Positions 46,838-56,858 are shown, counted from the stretch's first letter. The stretch is 62,810 nt of DNA from a virus (IMGVR_UViG_3300025652_007521:1-62810); one strand, 5' to 3'. Numbers and translations are program-made. The notes: generated by a model not told the origin, from the letters alone.

Positions 46838-48409
46838 ATGGCAACTAAAACACGGATTAAAAATTTAACGAGCTCTACGGCAAATGCACCTACTATTCTA
46901 AAGACTGGTGAGTTTGGTTACTCATACGGTACTGGTACTCAGGCGAATGGTGGTGATCGTCTTTACATCGGTACAGGAGCAGAAGATGGTGGAACCGGCA
47001 TAGCAGCTTCTGCACCAGTTGTTGGTGGTAAATACTTTGTTGATATGTTGGATCATGTGGCAGGTACATTAACTGCTGGTTCTGCGATTATTGTGGATGC
47101 TAATAGCAAAATAGATAATTTAAAAGTTGATGATTTAGTTTTAGATGGTAGTACTATTTCTAGTGCTCAACAAATCAATATTTCAACGACAGCTGGCAGT
47201 AACGACATTGTATTATCACCTAATGGTACTGGTAAAACTGTTCTTAATAATCCATACATTAATGGCACAGATGATACTCTAGCTGAGTTTATTTACGACA
47301 CTGTTGGTGGTGCGGTAACTGGTGGAACTGGTATTACTGTTACTAGTGACGACGCTGGTAATACTGCAACAGTTAAAATTACAGACACAGGTGTTACTGC
47401 CGGTTCTACGGGTAGCGCAACAGCGATTCCAGTAATTACATTTAATGCTCAAGGGCAAATCACAGCTGTAACTACTGCTGCCATTTCCTCTACTCTTGAT
47501 ATTCAAGCGGATACTGGAACTGACGATGGAGTATTAATCGGAACAGATACTCTAACATTTACTGGTGGAACTGGTATTGATACATCAGTTTCAGGTGATG
47601 CAGTAACGTTTGCGATTGACTCAACCGTGGCGACCAAAACATATGTAGATGGTGTTGCAAGTGGACTTGATGTTAAAAAATCTGTAAAAGTTGCAACCAC
47701 TGCTGATCTTTCAGCAACCTATGCAAATGGTGCTGGTACATTGACTGCAGATGCGAACGGCGCGATTTCAATTGATGGCGTAACTCTTGTTGCTAACGAT
47801 CGTGTACTTGTTAAAAATCAGTCAACTCAAACTGAAAACGGATTCTATAAAGTAACTACTGTTGGTGATGGTTCTACTGCGTTTGTTTTAACAAGAACGC
47901 CTGATGCAGATTCAGCATCTGAAATTACTGGTGGTGCATTTACCTTTGTTGAACAAGGTACTGCTAATGCTGAGAATGGATATGTTGCAACGCATAATGG
48001 CGAACCAACGCTTGGTACAACTAATATTACGTTTGATCAATTCTCTGGTGCTGGCCAAATTACTGCAGGAACTGGTTTAACTAAAACCGGTAATACTATT
48101 AATGCCGTAGGTACAGCAGACAGAATTTCAGTAACTGCAGACGCTATTAATATTGCAACAACTTATGTTGGTCAGGCCTCGATCACAACTCTTGGTACTA
48201 TTACAACAGGTGTTTGGAATGGTACAACCGTTGCAGTTGCAAATGGCGGTACAGGCGCAACAACACTTACATCTAAAGGGGTCGTACTTGGTAATGGTAC
48301 TAGTGCATTAAGTGCTACGGCAGCTTCATCAGCTAATGGATCCGTTTTACAAGCAGATAACGCTGGTGTACCAGCATTTAGTAACGTTATCGACGGTGGT
48401 ACATACTAA
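46838..48409 (+). CDS. Tail fibre-like structural protein
   Basis: N-terminal P..L..GE..YSY, RLYIG; ATKTYVD..A.GLD.K.SV..ATT, DRVLVKNQ....ENG.Y, V.VANGGTG; ends IDGGTY. Confidence 0.8.
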   Translation: MATKTRIKNLTSSTANAPTILKTGEFGYSYGTGTQANGGDRLYIGTGAEDGGTGIAASAPVVGGKYFVDMLDHVAGTLTAGSAIIVDANSKIDNLKVDDLVLDGSTISSAQQINISTTAGSNDIVLSPNGTGKTVLNNPYINGTDDTLAEFIYDTVGGAVTGGTGITVTSDDAGNTATVKITDTGVTAGSTGSATAIPVITFNAQGQITAVTTAAISSTLDIQADTGTDDGVLIGTDTLTFTGGTGIDTSVSGDAVTFAIDSTVATKTYVDGVASGLDVKKSVKVATTADLSATYANGAGTLTADANGAISIDGVTLVANDRVLVKNQSTQTENGFYKVTTVGDGSTAFVLTRTPDADSASEITGGAFTFVEQGTANAENGYVATHNGEPTLGTTNITFDQFSGAGQITAGTGLTKTGNTINAVGTADRISVTADAINIATTYVGQASITTLGTITTGVWNGTTVAVANGGTGATTLTSKGVVLGNGTSALSATAASSANGSVLQADNAGVPAFSNVIDGGTY

Positions 48410-48416
48410 GCTTACG

Positions 48417-48424
48417 TATAAATA
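48417..48424 (+). promoter_or_regulatory. T4-type late promoter
   Basis: TATAAATA in the intergenic region before 48506. Confidence 0.8.
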
Positions 48425-48434
48425 CTTTTATACA

Positions 48435-48482
48435 CCTTGTATATACAAGGAAGCTACATTTTATTAACAGCTCTATATAGAG
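48435..48482. repeat. Two perfect palindromes in the leader of the fibre gene
   Basis: CCTTGTATATACAAGG (48435-50) and CTCTATATAGAG (48471-82), both centred on TATATA. Confidence 0.85.
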
Positions 48483-48505
48483 ATTGAACATAGGAGAAGC
48501 CAAAA

Positions 48506-50428
48506 TTGGCCAGAAAAACTGACATTCGACTCAGGCGCTCTAACACGGAAGCGGCAATCCCTACTCATTCCAATCTTAGTGATGGCGAATTAGCCATGAA
48601 CACTAAGGACGGTGCTCTATATTTTAAAAAATCTGATAATACAATTATTACCGCACATGACGATACTATCATGCACATTGATAGTTCTAACAGGGCAGTA
48701 AAGTTATTTGAAACTGTAAAAAGAGATAGCAATAATACTGCATACACAACCGGTGATGCAGCTGGATTTGAATATAAAGAAGCTGTAAAAATATTCTCAG
48801 ATTCTGATGAAGGTGTTATAGACTTAAGTCGTACAATTTCTAATGGCGGAGATCGAGATGTTGCTACACGGATTAGGTGTAACGGTCTTTCATATTTTAA
48901 GGACAGATTGTCTGTAAATACTCATTTAGACTTTGGTGGCCCACTTAATATTAGTTCGTATTCTGATAGATTTATATTCATGCGCGGGTTCAATAACAAT
49001 TCATCTAATGCAGATGTCAATTTAATAGAACTTCGTCAATCAATCAACTCTACTACTAACACTACTTCATCTGGTGTAATTAAAATTTTTACTAGTACTG
49101 ACGGAACACAATCTACACCAATACTTTTAAGCAGTGATCCAGATACTAATAGTGTTTTAACAACCGATCTGGTTATTGACGGTCAGTTTTTAATAAATCC
49201 TACAACAGTGGCAGATGTGATTACTATTGGATCGACAGCTGGCACAGGCCCGATAGCTATCGGAAGAAGCACAAAAACTCAATCCGTAGAAATTGCTGAT
49301 ACTGGAGTTGAGTCTGGAGCGACTAAAACAGTTGATATAGGTGGTGGTACTTCTGCTGGTACTACGAATATCAATATTGGTTCTAGTGATAATAGCGGTA
49401 CACAAACTGTTAATATTTATGGAAATACAACATTAACTGGTAATGCTGCTGATACAATGACGGTTGGTTCAGCCACACAAACTGGTACAATTACTCTTGG
49501 TCAAAGTACCGCAACCAACACAATCAATATTGGTAATGCTGCAACAGCATCTGGTTCAACACAAACGATTAATATCGGTGGTGGAAACGTTGCTGGTGGC
49601 GACACTATATTGAATTTAGCCGCAAATACAACTCTTGCCGCAGATACAACAGTGACAATTGGTAATAGTAATACAACTGGTACTCACGCAGTTGCGATTC
49701 GTGGTACTACTACATTTTCAAACGGAAACGTAGACGTAGAAGATGCCTTTACTGCAAATAGTGTTGCATCAGATACTACAGTTGCAACAGGTGCATTCGT
49801 ATTACCGAATGCTGCTGGTACCGAAGGACAAGTACTTCAGTGGCCTTCTTCTGGTACGACACTAACATGGGCTACTGATGTAGACGCTGTAAATGCAATA
49901 GGAATGGCCAGATCATTAGGCTGGGTTCCTGGTAATGGTCATAGTACAGCAACTGCTGTTGTATGGAATGACTCACAGTCTGCTGTTGAGCTTAAACCAT
50001 CTGGATCAGCTACAACTGGAATTATTCATAAAGCGTTTAGAGTTTATGCTGGCCAAAAAATTCATGCAACCATACATATTAAACCGGCATCAACAGGGGC
50101 GGCGAATGGATTGTATGCGTTTCTTTATAAACATGACGGAAACTTACCGGCTGGTAAAACACATGTTGGTAATGGTGGTACTGCTGATGCACAGGTTCAA
50201 GCTGCAGATTCATCACAAGCTTTCAGTACTGTTAATAATCTCGCACCAGCAGCTGGTTGGAATAGCTATACAACCGAATATACTCCGGCTTCAGATGGTT
50301 ACGTTAGTTTAGCATTAAATACTACAACGACGATTGGAACAACATCAATTTACTTTAAGCAACCTGTAGTAGCAAATGCTGGTATCGGAATCGGTGATGT
50401 TATTGCGATACAATATCTATTAGGATAA
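48506..50428 (+). CDS. Tail fibre protein with probable C-terminal carbohydrate-binding-like domain
   Basis: TTG start with AGGAG RBS; I.LRRS.....P....L..GELA.NT.DG.LYFK anchor; T.NIG beta repeats; LP...GT.GQVL; jelly-roll-like tail. Confidence 0.8.
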   Translation: MARKTDIRLRRSNTEAAIPTHSNLSDGELAMNTKDGALYFKKSDNTIITAHDDTIMHIDSSNRAVKLFETVKRDSNNTAYTTGDAAGFEYKEAVKIFSDSDEGVIDLSRTISNGGDRDVATRIRCNGLSYFKDRLSVNTHLDFGGPLNISSYSDRFIFMRGFNNNSSNADVNLIELRQSINSTTNTTSSGVIKIFTSTDGTQSTPILLSSDPDTNSVLTTDLVIDGQFLINPTTVADVITIGSTAGTGPIAIGRSTKTQSVEIADTGVESGATKTVDIGGGTSAGTTNINIGSSDNSGTQTVNIYGNTTLTGNAADTMTVGSATQTGTITLGQSTATNTINIGNAATASGSTQTINIGGGNVAGGDTILNLAANTTLAADTTVTIGNSNTTGTHAVAIRGTTTFSNGNVDVEDAFTANSVASDTTVATGAFVLPNAAGTEGQVLQWPSSGTTLTWATDVDAVNAIGMARSLGWVPGNGHSTATAVVWNDSQSAVELKPSGSATTGIIHKAFRVYAGQKIHATIHIKPASTGAANGLYAFLYKHDGNLPAGKTHVGNGGTADAQVQAADSSQAFSTVNNLAPAAGWNSYTTEYTPASDGYVSLALNTTTTIGTTSIYFKQPVVANAGIGIGDVIAIQYLLG

Positions 50429-50436
50429 ATAATATT

Positions 50437-50808
50437 ATGCCTTATGATTTAGTTGAAACAATTAATCCTGCAGATACCGCAAATATTCAAATGGAGCTTA
50501 AACAAACTACGTTAAGTCCAAACACTAGTTTTTTTGATATATTTGCTGAAACGAGTGCACCGAGTTTAAAATTATATAAAGTGGTTAGTCTAATGGTAAG
50601 CTATCCAAAGGCTGACTTTGTTGGTCCTGGAATAATTTATACTCTCAATTATGGAGATACTGTAGCAGCATCTGTTTATGTTAAGCCAGGTGAAAATATA
50701 GTTATAGCAAAAAGTATTCAACCAATTTATGCTTCAGGTGAAGACTTAAAACATAAAGCCTCTGCTACAGGATTGAAAGTATCTATATCCTATCAGGAGT
50801 TTAGTTAA
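50437..50808 (+). CDS. Small beta-rich fibre-associated protein, paralog 1 of 6
   Basis: KVVSLMV...VKPGENIVI.....PIY...E.L......V.ISYQE.S pattern shared with neighbours. Confidence 0.7.
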   Translation: MPYDLVETINPADTANIQMELKQTTLSPNTSFFDIFAETSAPSLKLYKVVSLMVSYPKADFVGPGIIYTLNYGDTVAASVYVKPGENIVIAKSIQPIYASGEDLKHKASATGLKVSISYQEFS

Positions 50809-51176
50809 TGGCTAATCCAAATTTTATAAATGGTGTCAATGATATTGATATTGCTATAAACTGTGCTAATTTAAGTATCGGCACTAATAGCTTTATTGAA
50901 GGTGCCACATGTCCAGCACATAGTGTTAGAAAAATTGTCAATTTAACAGTTATTAATTATTCTGCAACCACTACAGCCGGATATAAAATTCATAAATATT
51001 CAAATGGGACCAATAGAGGGACAATATTTGAAGGCACTTTAGGTCCTTCTCAGTCTGTTTGCTTAGTAGATGAAACTCGGCCTATATATTGTGAAGAGCT
51101 TTCGGAACTTAGAGGCGCAGCAGTGACAGCTAATAATTGTATAAGTATATATTGCACTAGTGAGGTATATTCATAA
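50808..51176 (+). CDS. Small beta-rich fibre-associated protein, paralog 2 of 6
   Basis: MANPN start; KIVNLTVIN, LGPSQSVCLV....PIY..E..EL. Confidence 0.7.
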   Translation: MANPNFINGVNDIDIAINCANLSIGTNSFIEGATCPAHSVRKIVNLTVINYSATTTAGYKIHKYSNGTNRGTIFEGTLGPSQSVCLVDETRPIYCEELSELRGAAVTANNCISIYCTSEVYS

Positions 51177-51541
51177 TGCCTCATATGAATCCATCAACTA
51201 TAAAACCTTATTATCGAGCTGCAACAGTCGCGCCTGATGGTAACTTTTTTGCTTTTGCTGATAGACCATCGGGATCTGCGTTAAAGATCGAAACACTTAT
51301 GATTCATAACTCACTTACATATGACGAGCTTATTATCTCATTGGCGACAGGTAATGTAAATAATGTTTGGATGAAATCTAAAATACCTCCTAATACCACA
51401 TTATGTGCAGTAATGGCTGAAGCTCCGTACTATGTCCCAGCGGCCGACGATTTATACATAAAAGCTGAACTTGCTGATGGCGCATCAAGTAATACAGAAT
51501 CCATTGGTGTACATTGTGCTGGATTAGAGGTAATATCATGA
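51176..51541 (+). CDS. Small beta-rich fibre-associated protein, paralog 3 of 6
   Basis: KIETLMIHN, IPPNTTLCAV....PYYV...DDL, ending EVIS. Confidence 0.7.
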   Translation: MPHMNPSTIKPYYRAATVAPDGNFFAFADRPSGSALKIETLMIHNSLTYDELIISLATGNVNNVWMKSKIPPNTTLCAVMAEAPYYVPAADDLYIKAELADGASSNTESIGVHCAGLEVIS

Positions 51542-51975
51542 TTACTGTATCAGATAAACATATTGTAGGTCATTACTCTATTAGGTTTTCCGCGGGAACA
51601 ATGCCTAGATCAATTTCCTCGACGAGTCATGCAACCATTAGTGGTGAGTCTTTAAGTTTATATACCGCTAGTGCAAGTCAAACATCGGGAGTTACTAAGG
51701 GTTTTGCACAAGATGAATTTATAGTTAGTGGTTTATACGTTACTAATAAAAGTGATCAATCATTTAATGTGTCGTTATTTTTTGATTATGCATCAACGTA
51801 TTCCAACATTGCTATAGTTCCACCATTGTCCACCATATACGTAATCACAGCTGATAACCCAATTAAGTGGAATGGTGCTGGCTTTAGAGCTAATTTAAAC
51901 GGAAGACCCGGTAGTTCGATAGTAGCAGGTGATGTTTCAGTTCACATGGTTTGGAGCGCAGTTGTTAAAACATAG
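51538..51975 (+). CDS. Small beta-rich fibre-associated protein, paralog 4 of 6
   Basis: IVSGLYVTN, VPPLSTIYVI....PI; ATG 51538 overlaps the previous stop. Confidence 0.7.
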   Translation: MITVSDKHIVGHYSIRFSAGTMPRSISSTSHATISGESLSLYTASASQTSGVTKGFAQDEFIVSGLYVTNKSDQSFNVSLFFDYASTYSNIAIVPPLSTIYVITADNPIKWNGAGFRANLNGRPGSSIVAGDVSVHMVWSAVVKT

Positions 51976-51984
51976 GAGCTAATT

Positions 51985-52437
51985 ATGGGTACTAAATATA
52001 CAATCGATTATGAAGATCCTACGAACTTAAAAGATGTAGTTGGTGTTATTGGTCATCAAGTGAGTGTCAGTCATTTTCAAGGGACTGACCAGAATGCTTC
52101 AAGTTCTTGGAATAATACGCAGAATCCAGCTTGCTTTAAAATAATGCATGCATCACAGGCAGCTAGTTCGCCGAACGACGCTTACCTGCGTGCGCAAATG
52201 AGACTGCAAATTGATGGTGGACAAGTTTTTACAATACCCATGATAGATGGCCTTTTTATGGAAGGATATTCATATATTAGACCATTTATTACAAGTTCTA
52301 ATCCAATAATTTTTTCGGGAGACGATAGCGGTCAATATACAATGGAGTTAATTGTAAAGCTGAATAGTACTAATCAGGGCTCCGGCGCATCTTATGGTCG
52401 AACAGAAGTTTACACGAAAGGTCTTTATGCGCCTTAG
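51985..52437 (+). CDS. Small beta-rich fibre-associated protein, divergent paralog 5 of 6
   Basis: AGGAG RBS; FKIM and FITSSNPIIF align with the shared core; weakest member. Confidence 0.6.
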   Translation: MGTKYTIDYEDPTNLKDVVGVIGHQVSVSHFQGTDQNASSSWNNTQNPACFKIMHASQAASSPNDAYLRAQMRLQIDGGQVFTIPMIDGLFMEGYSYIRPFITSSNPIIFSGDDSGQYTMELIVKLNSTNQGSGASYGRTEVYTKGLYAP

Positions 52438-52449
52438 AGGGAAATAATT

Positions 52450-52854
52450 ATGTCTGGAGAATTTTGTCGATTTAGAAAAGATACTGCAACGTCTGTTAAA
52501 CTTTTAGGCGCGCATGTGATATATCAAGCATCTGCTGGTACTTTTAGTACTATACTCGACCCACAAGCCAACAAAGCTATGATAATAGATTCTATCTATG
52601 TGCGTAATGCTGATACAGATGCCAGTGATGGGCCAATGCAAATCGAATTAGAGATTTTTAGCACAGGTAAACAAAGGCCATTTTTTGTTGCGCTGTTAGA
52701 TCACGGTGAAACGTGCTTAGCTGCTAGTAAGTCGACTCCAATAATGGTAGATAATGGTCAAGATATTAGAATAAAAGCATTTCATAAAACTGCAGTTGCC
52801 CAAACTACAGTAAATGCATTTGTGTATGTATCATATAGGGAGTACGATGTTTAA
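52450..52854 (+). CDS. Small beta-rich fibre-associated protein, paralog 6 of 6
   Basis: IIDSIYVRN, LDHGETCLA.....PIMV..GQDI, VSYREY. Confidence 0.7.
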   Translation: MSGEFCRFRKDTATSVKLLGAHVIYQASAGTFSTILDPQANKAMIIDSIYVRNADTDASDGPMQIELEIFSTGKQRPFFVALLDHGETCLAASKSTPIMVDNGQDIRIKAFHKTAVAQTTVNAFVYVSYREYDV

Positions 52855-53795
52855 TGAGTTATAATTACTTTAAAAATAATGCGTTTCTTAATAGTGGAGG
52901 AATTTCATCCAGCGCCAATAATAAATCTCTAGATGCTATTAAAAGTAGTGGCGTAAGTGATTTAAGCGCTCCTTCTCCACAAATGCTGTATGATATTGAC
53001 TATGAAGCAGTTAATACGTTATTTAATACGTATGATCATAATACGAGTCAAAGTACTATAACAGCTGGTTTAAAAAATGCAATAAGCGGTGCGAAGGTTT
53101 GGGCTACTCCAATAAATAATGCTGCTTTTGAAAATTTAGTTGGTACTACCACTACAACTCATGGTGATCTTCAAACTAACGGTCAATTTGAAAGAAACGT
53201 AATTGACAATGAGTCGTCAAATCCAATACAGCCGTCTAATTTTCCAGGTCTTACTAAAGGGTGTTTATGGTTCGCTATGTCGTTTTGGGCACCTGGCAAC
53301 AGCAGCGGCGCGCCTGGACATCTAGGAACAATTTATATGAATTTTCCAGATTTGCCAGCTACTGGCTCTAATGGAATTAAAAGTTTACTTTATCCGATGT
53401 ATTCTAAACGTGTCGAAGCATTTATTGTATATGGGCAATATCTCGAAAGTAATAACAGTCAATATGAAAACGGTTATACTGAAACATATTCGAGTCCTGT
53501 TGCAAGGTGGTATATATCATCGGAAGCTTATAACTATGGAAGTACTGGGTATTATACTCAAAGCGGCCCCTCATACAGAATTTCTAATAATGATGGCATT
53601 TGGGGCTTTAGAACTGACGGTACCGTAAATGGACACGACGGAAGCAACCTTAGTACGTACCAAGGAGCAGGTAAGTCATTTGGTGTACAAAATTACAATA
53701 GTAATGATGCATCAGTTGACGATGTATACTGGGGGACTTTTACAAAATCAAGCAATACATTCTGGCGAGCAAATATTTGGACGGTGACAACATAA
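52854..53795 (+). CDS. Putative receptor-binding / fibre-tip protein
   Basis: N-terminal N.GGI.......SGV.DL linker, then an aromatic/Asn/Gly-rich globular domain; in the fibre operon. Confidence 0.55.
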   Translation: MSYNYFKNNAFLNSGGISSSANNKSLDAIKSSGVSDLSAPSPQMLYDIDYEAVNTLFNTYDHNTSQSTITAGLKNAISGAKVWATPINNAAFENLVGTTTTTHGDLQTNGQFERNVIDNESSNPIQPSNFPGLTKGCLWFAMSFWAPGNSSGAPGHLGTIYMNFPDLPATGSNGIKSLLYPMYSKRVEAFIVYGQYLESNNSQYENGYTETYSSPVARWYISSEAYNYGSTGYYTQSGPSYRISNNDGIWGFRTDGTVNGHDGSNLSTYQGAGKSFGVQNYNSNDASVDDVYWGTFTKSSNTFWRANIWTVTT

Positions 53796-54658
53796 TGGCA
53801 ATAGGAAATTTATCAAGAATAGGAAAAAAAGTACCTCTAACAGATTTACCTCATAAAGGTGGATCAATGGACACAATGGATTTTCATTCGTTAAGTAACG
53901 AATACCGTTTGTCAGCATCTTTGAATACTACTGCTTCGACACTAGTAGGAGGCTTTGGTAATAGATATGATATAAAATCAGCTTTTGGTGCATTGCAGGG
54001 TTTTAAGATTAATTCTCAAACATATATGAATGGTGATACTGATTATGATGGTCCTTATCATGTATCAGAAATATTTTTCGATATTGGTGCAGCTCGTTCA
54101 GGTAAGCTTTATATTGGACATAATCATACACTAACTAGTGGGAATCAATGGTGCGCAGATGCCCCAATGGTTGGTGCACAAATATTAGATATAGAGGGCA
54201 ATCTTTTAGAAAACATTACTTTTACAACCACCACAATGGAACAAAGCGCCGGTCAATACGGCACACCACCAACGCCTTTGGTTTTAAGTAGTGCTACGTT
54301 TTTTAGTCTCAGTACGAATGGCTCTGGAGCTAGATTTAATTATCGGTCATCTACCGTCAGTTCTAGAACTGGTGCAGCTGATGGATTTGATAATTCGGCA
54401 TTCGATGATACACCATATCCTTTAACCACCTCAAGTTCTCAAGCGGCAAGATCAATAGCACAACAAGGCAACTACAACTATGTATACCGAGAAGTATCTA
54501 ATAGTGGAACATACTTAAAATCACAATTTATGAGAACTACCGGCTCTTATTCGTTTCCGCGCAGAGGTTCAATTAGATTATCTTATGCAAATACCACGGA
54601 AACAGCTCGGTATTCCGATTTAGAAGAAAATAACACATTTTTAATAGGTATCTATTAA
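53795..54658 (+). CDS. Putative receptor-binding / fibre-tip protein
   Basis: ATG 53795 coupled by TAATG; Ser/Thr/Gly/aromatic-rich; T.S.RTGAADG and Y.Y.E.S motifs suggest a jelly-roll domain. Confidence 0.55.
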   Translation: MAIGNLSRIGKKVPLTDLPHKGGSMDTMDFHSLSNEYRLSASLNTTASTLVGGFGNRYDIKSAFGALQGFKINSQTYMNGDTDYDGPYHVSEIFFDIGAARSGKLYIGHNHTLTSGNQWCADAPMVGAQILDIEGNLLENITFTTTTMEQSAGQYGTPPTPLVLSSATFFSLSTNGSGARFNYRSSTVSSRTGAADGFDNSAFDDTPYPLTTSSSQAARSIAQQGNYNYVYREVSNSGTYLKSQFMRTTGSYSFPRRGSIRLSYANTTETARYSDLEENNTFLIGIY

Positions 54659-54670
54659 TAGGAGAATATA

Positions 54671-55102
54671 ATGGCATTATATACAAAAGGCGGGTGTTAT
54701 CCACAAAGTATACCCGAAATGATTCAGCTTGAAGATGGAAACATTAGAACTGGTTCAACTACATATACCCCTGATGAAATTGCATCTGCTGGATGGACAG
54801 TTGCTCCAGATCTAATTGCATATGATGGGACGACTCATAACCTTAATTGGAATAGTGAAACTTCTAGTTGGTATTTAACAGAAGTTACTGCTGAAGATCA
54901 AGCTGCAAGAATAGAAGCTGGTTGGCGCGGAGTTAGAAGTGAAAGAAATTCTATATTAGCTGAGTCTGATTACATGGTAATACAAGCAGTTGAAGCTGGA
55001 ACAACCATTGCATCCGATTGGGGTACATATCGCCAAGCGTTAAGAGATATTACTAATGAATCAGATCCATTTGATGTTACTTGGCCCACTAAGCCTTCAT
55101 AA
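54671..55102 (+). CDS. Tail fibre assembly chaperone
   Basis: W..VR.ERN..L.ESD, W.TYRQALRDIT, V.WP.KP motifs. Confidence 0.88.
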   Translation: MALYTKGGCYPQSIPEMIQLEDGNIRTGSTTYTPDEIASAGWTVAPDLIAYDGTTHNLNWNSETSSWYLTEVTAEDQAARIEAGWRGVRSERNSILAESDYMVIQAVEAGTTIASDWGTYRQALRDITNESDPFDVTWPTKPS

Positions 55103-55104
55103 CA

Positions 55105-55125
55105 TATAAATAAACCATATAAATA
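55105..55125 (+). promoter_or_regulatory. Tandem T4-type late promoters for neck genes
   Basis: TATAAATA at 55105-12 and 55118-25. Confidence 0.8.
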
Positions 55126-55148
55126 TAGTAAAGTAAGAGGTGTTTTAA

Positions 55149-55901
55149 ATGGCAAAGCCAAACAGTAGAGCAACATTAATCGATTACTGCCTAAGAAATC
55201 TAGGTGCACCTGTTATCGAAATTAATATTGACGAAGATCAACTAGATGATAGAATAGATGAAGCTTTACAATTCTATCAGCATTATCACACTGATGCCAC
55301 AGAGAAAGTATTCTTAAAACATCAAGTGACACAAACTGACATAGATAATCAATATATTGCAATACCAGAAGTCGTAACAGATGTCGTTAGAGTTCTACCT
55401 ATTAGTAACTCTGGCTCTATAAGTGCAGATATGTTTGATGTAAAATATCAATTACATTTAAACGACATGTATAAACTCGGTTATATGGGCAATATTCTAG
55501 AATATGTTCAAACACAACAGCATATGTCGACAGTAGATCTTCTTGTTAATTCTGATGATAAACGAATCTCATTTAATCGACATAAAGATAGATTGGATAT
55601 TGTAATGGATTGGGCCAATGAAGTTTCAGTTGGTGAGTTTATTGTACTTGAAGCATATCGGATTGTAGATCCTGCTGTATACCTGCAGGTATATAACGAT
55701 TATTATTTAAAGAAATATGCTACAGCATTGATTAAGAAACAATGGGGTGCAAACCTAATTAAATTTGAAGGGATGCAAATGCCTGGTGGAGTCACATTTA
55801 ATGGTCGTCAATTGTTTGATGATGCTGTTGAAGACTTAGTAAAACTAGAAGAAGAAGTTAGGTTAAATTGGGAACAGCCAGTTGACTTCTACGTAGGATA
55901 A
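55149..55901 (+). CDS. gp13: Neck protein gp13
   Basis: P.SR..L.DYCLR.LGAPVIEIN.D..Q..DRID.ALQ, LKKYATALIK.QWG.NL.KF.G.Q.PGGVT.NG. Confidence 0.95.
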   Translation: MAKPNSRATLIDYCLRNLGAPVIEINIDEDQLDDRIDEALQFYQHYHTDATEKVFLKHQVTQTDIDNQYIAIPEVVTDVVRVLPISNSGSISADMFDVKYQLHLNDMYKLGYMGNILEYVQTQQHMSTVDLLVNSDDKRISFNRHKDRLDIVMDWANEVSVGEFIVLEAYRIVDPAVYLQVYNDYYLKKYATALIKKQWGANLIKFEGMQMPGGVTFNGRQLFDDAVEDLVKLEEEVRLNWEQPVDFYVG

Positions 55902-55904
55902 TAA

Positions 55905-56858
55905 ATGCCTAGAAACGTATATTTTTCTCAAGCCGTCAAATCAGAGCAAAATCTGTATGAAGACTTGATCATAGAATCTCTTAAGATATTTGCACAAGAT
56001 GTCTACTATATTCCTCGCACTATTATTAGTCGTGATACCATCTTAGGCGAAGATCCAGCATCTAAGTTTGATGATGCATACCTAATAGAAGCATATATTG
56101 AAAATGCTGAAGGCTTTGATGGAGAAGGAGATTTATATAGTAAGTTTGGTCTTGAGATAAGAGACGAAGCTTCATTCATTATTTCTAGGAAAATATGGAA
56201 TCAACGCATTGGTTTAAACGAAGGTACATTAAAGCCTGCAGAGGGTGATTTATTATATCTTCCAATGTCTAATTCTTTCTTTGAAATTAGTCTAGTTGAA
56301 GATGATAAACCTTTCTATCAGTTATCTAACTTACCAGTTTATAAATTATCATGCTCATTGTTCGAATATAACGATCAAGAAATGGATACTGGTATTGCTG
56401 CTATTGATAATGTAGAAACACAGTATGGTTATCAGGTTGGAATAGATGTTGCTGTAACAGGCGGTAATCACTTTACTCAAGGTGAGATTGTTACTCAAAC
56501 TCTTTCAGCTGGTATTACAGTCTTTGGCGAAGTACAAGCTATTACCAAAACATCAAATACTGCAGCTACAATTTCTGTATCTAATATTGGAACTAAGGAT
56601 ACTACAAATGCTGCTACTGCTACAGACTCAGCCCGCGAATTTATAGTATCGGCAACTTCATCAGCTAATAATCTAGTAGGATCAAAATCTGGTAATACAT
56701 GCGTAATTACAAACGTATATACATTAGCTGATGATGATACGAATAATACCTTTGCTTCAGATTCACAAGCTAAGAATGTTCAGTTTGAAATCGAAGGTGA
56801 TAACTTTATTGACTTTTCTGAATCTAATCCATTCGGTGATCCATCGGAGACATTATAA
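55905..56858 (+). CDS. gp14: Neck protein gp14
   Basis: EQ.L..DL..ES......DVYY.PR, SKFGL...DE, P.EGDL.Y.P, PFYQL, DFSE.NPFG. Confidence 0.95.
   Translation: MPRNVYFSQAVKSEQNLYEDLIIESLKIFAQDVYYIPRTIISRDTILGEDPASKFDDAYLIEAYIENAEGFDGEGDLYSKFGLEIRDEASFIISRKIWNQRIGLNEGTLKPAEGDLLYLPMSNSFFEISLVEDDKPFYQLSNLPVYKLSCSLFEYNDQEMDTGIAAIDNVETQYGYQVGIDVAVTGGNHFTQGEIVTQTLSAGITVFGEVQAITKTSNTAATISVSNIGTKDTTNAATATDSAREFIVSATSSANNLVGSKSGNTCVITNVYTLADDDTNNTFASDSQAKNVQFEIEGDNFIDFSESNPFGDPSETL

Noticed and set aside
34766-55102. Diversity-generating retroelement or invertible fibre cassette
   Set aside because: No reverse transcriptase, recombinase or near-identical DNA repeat pair is visible, and all genes share one orientation. 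A self dot-plot would be needed to exclude it fully.
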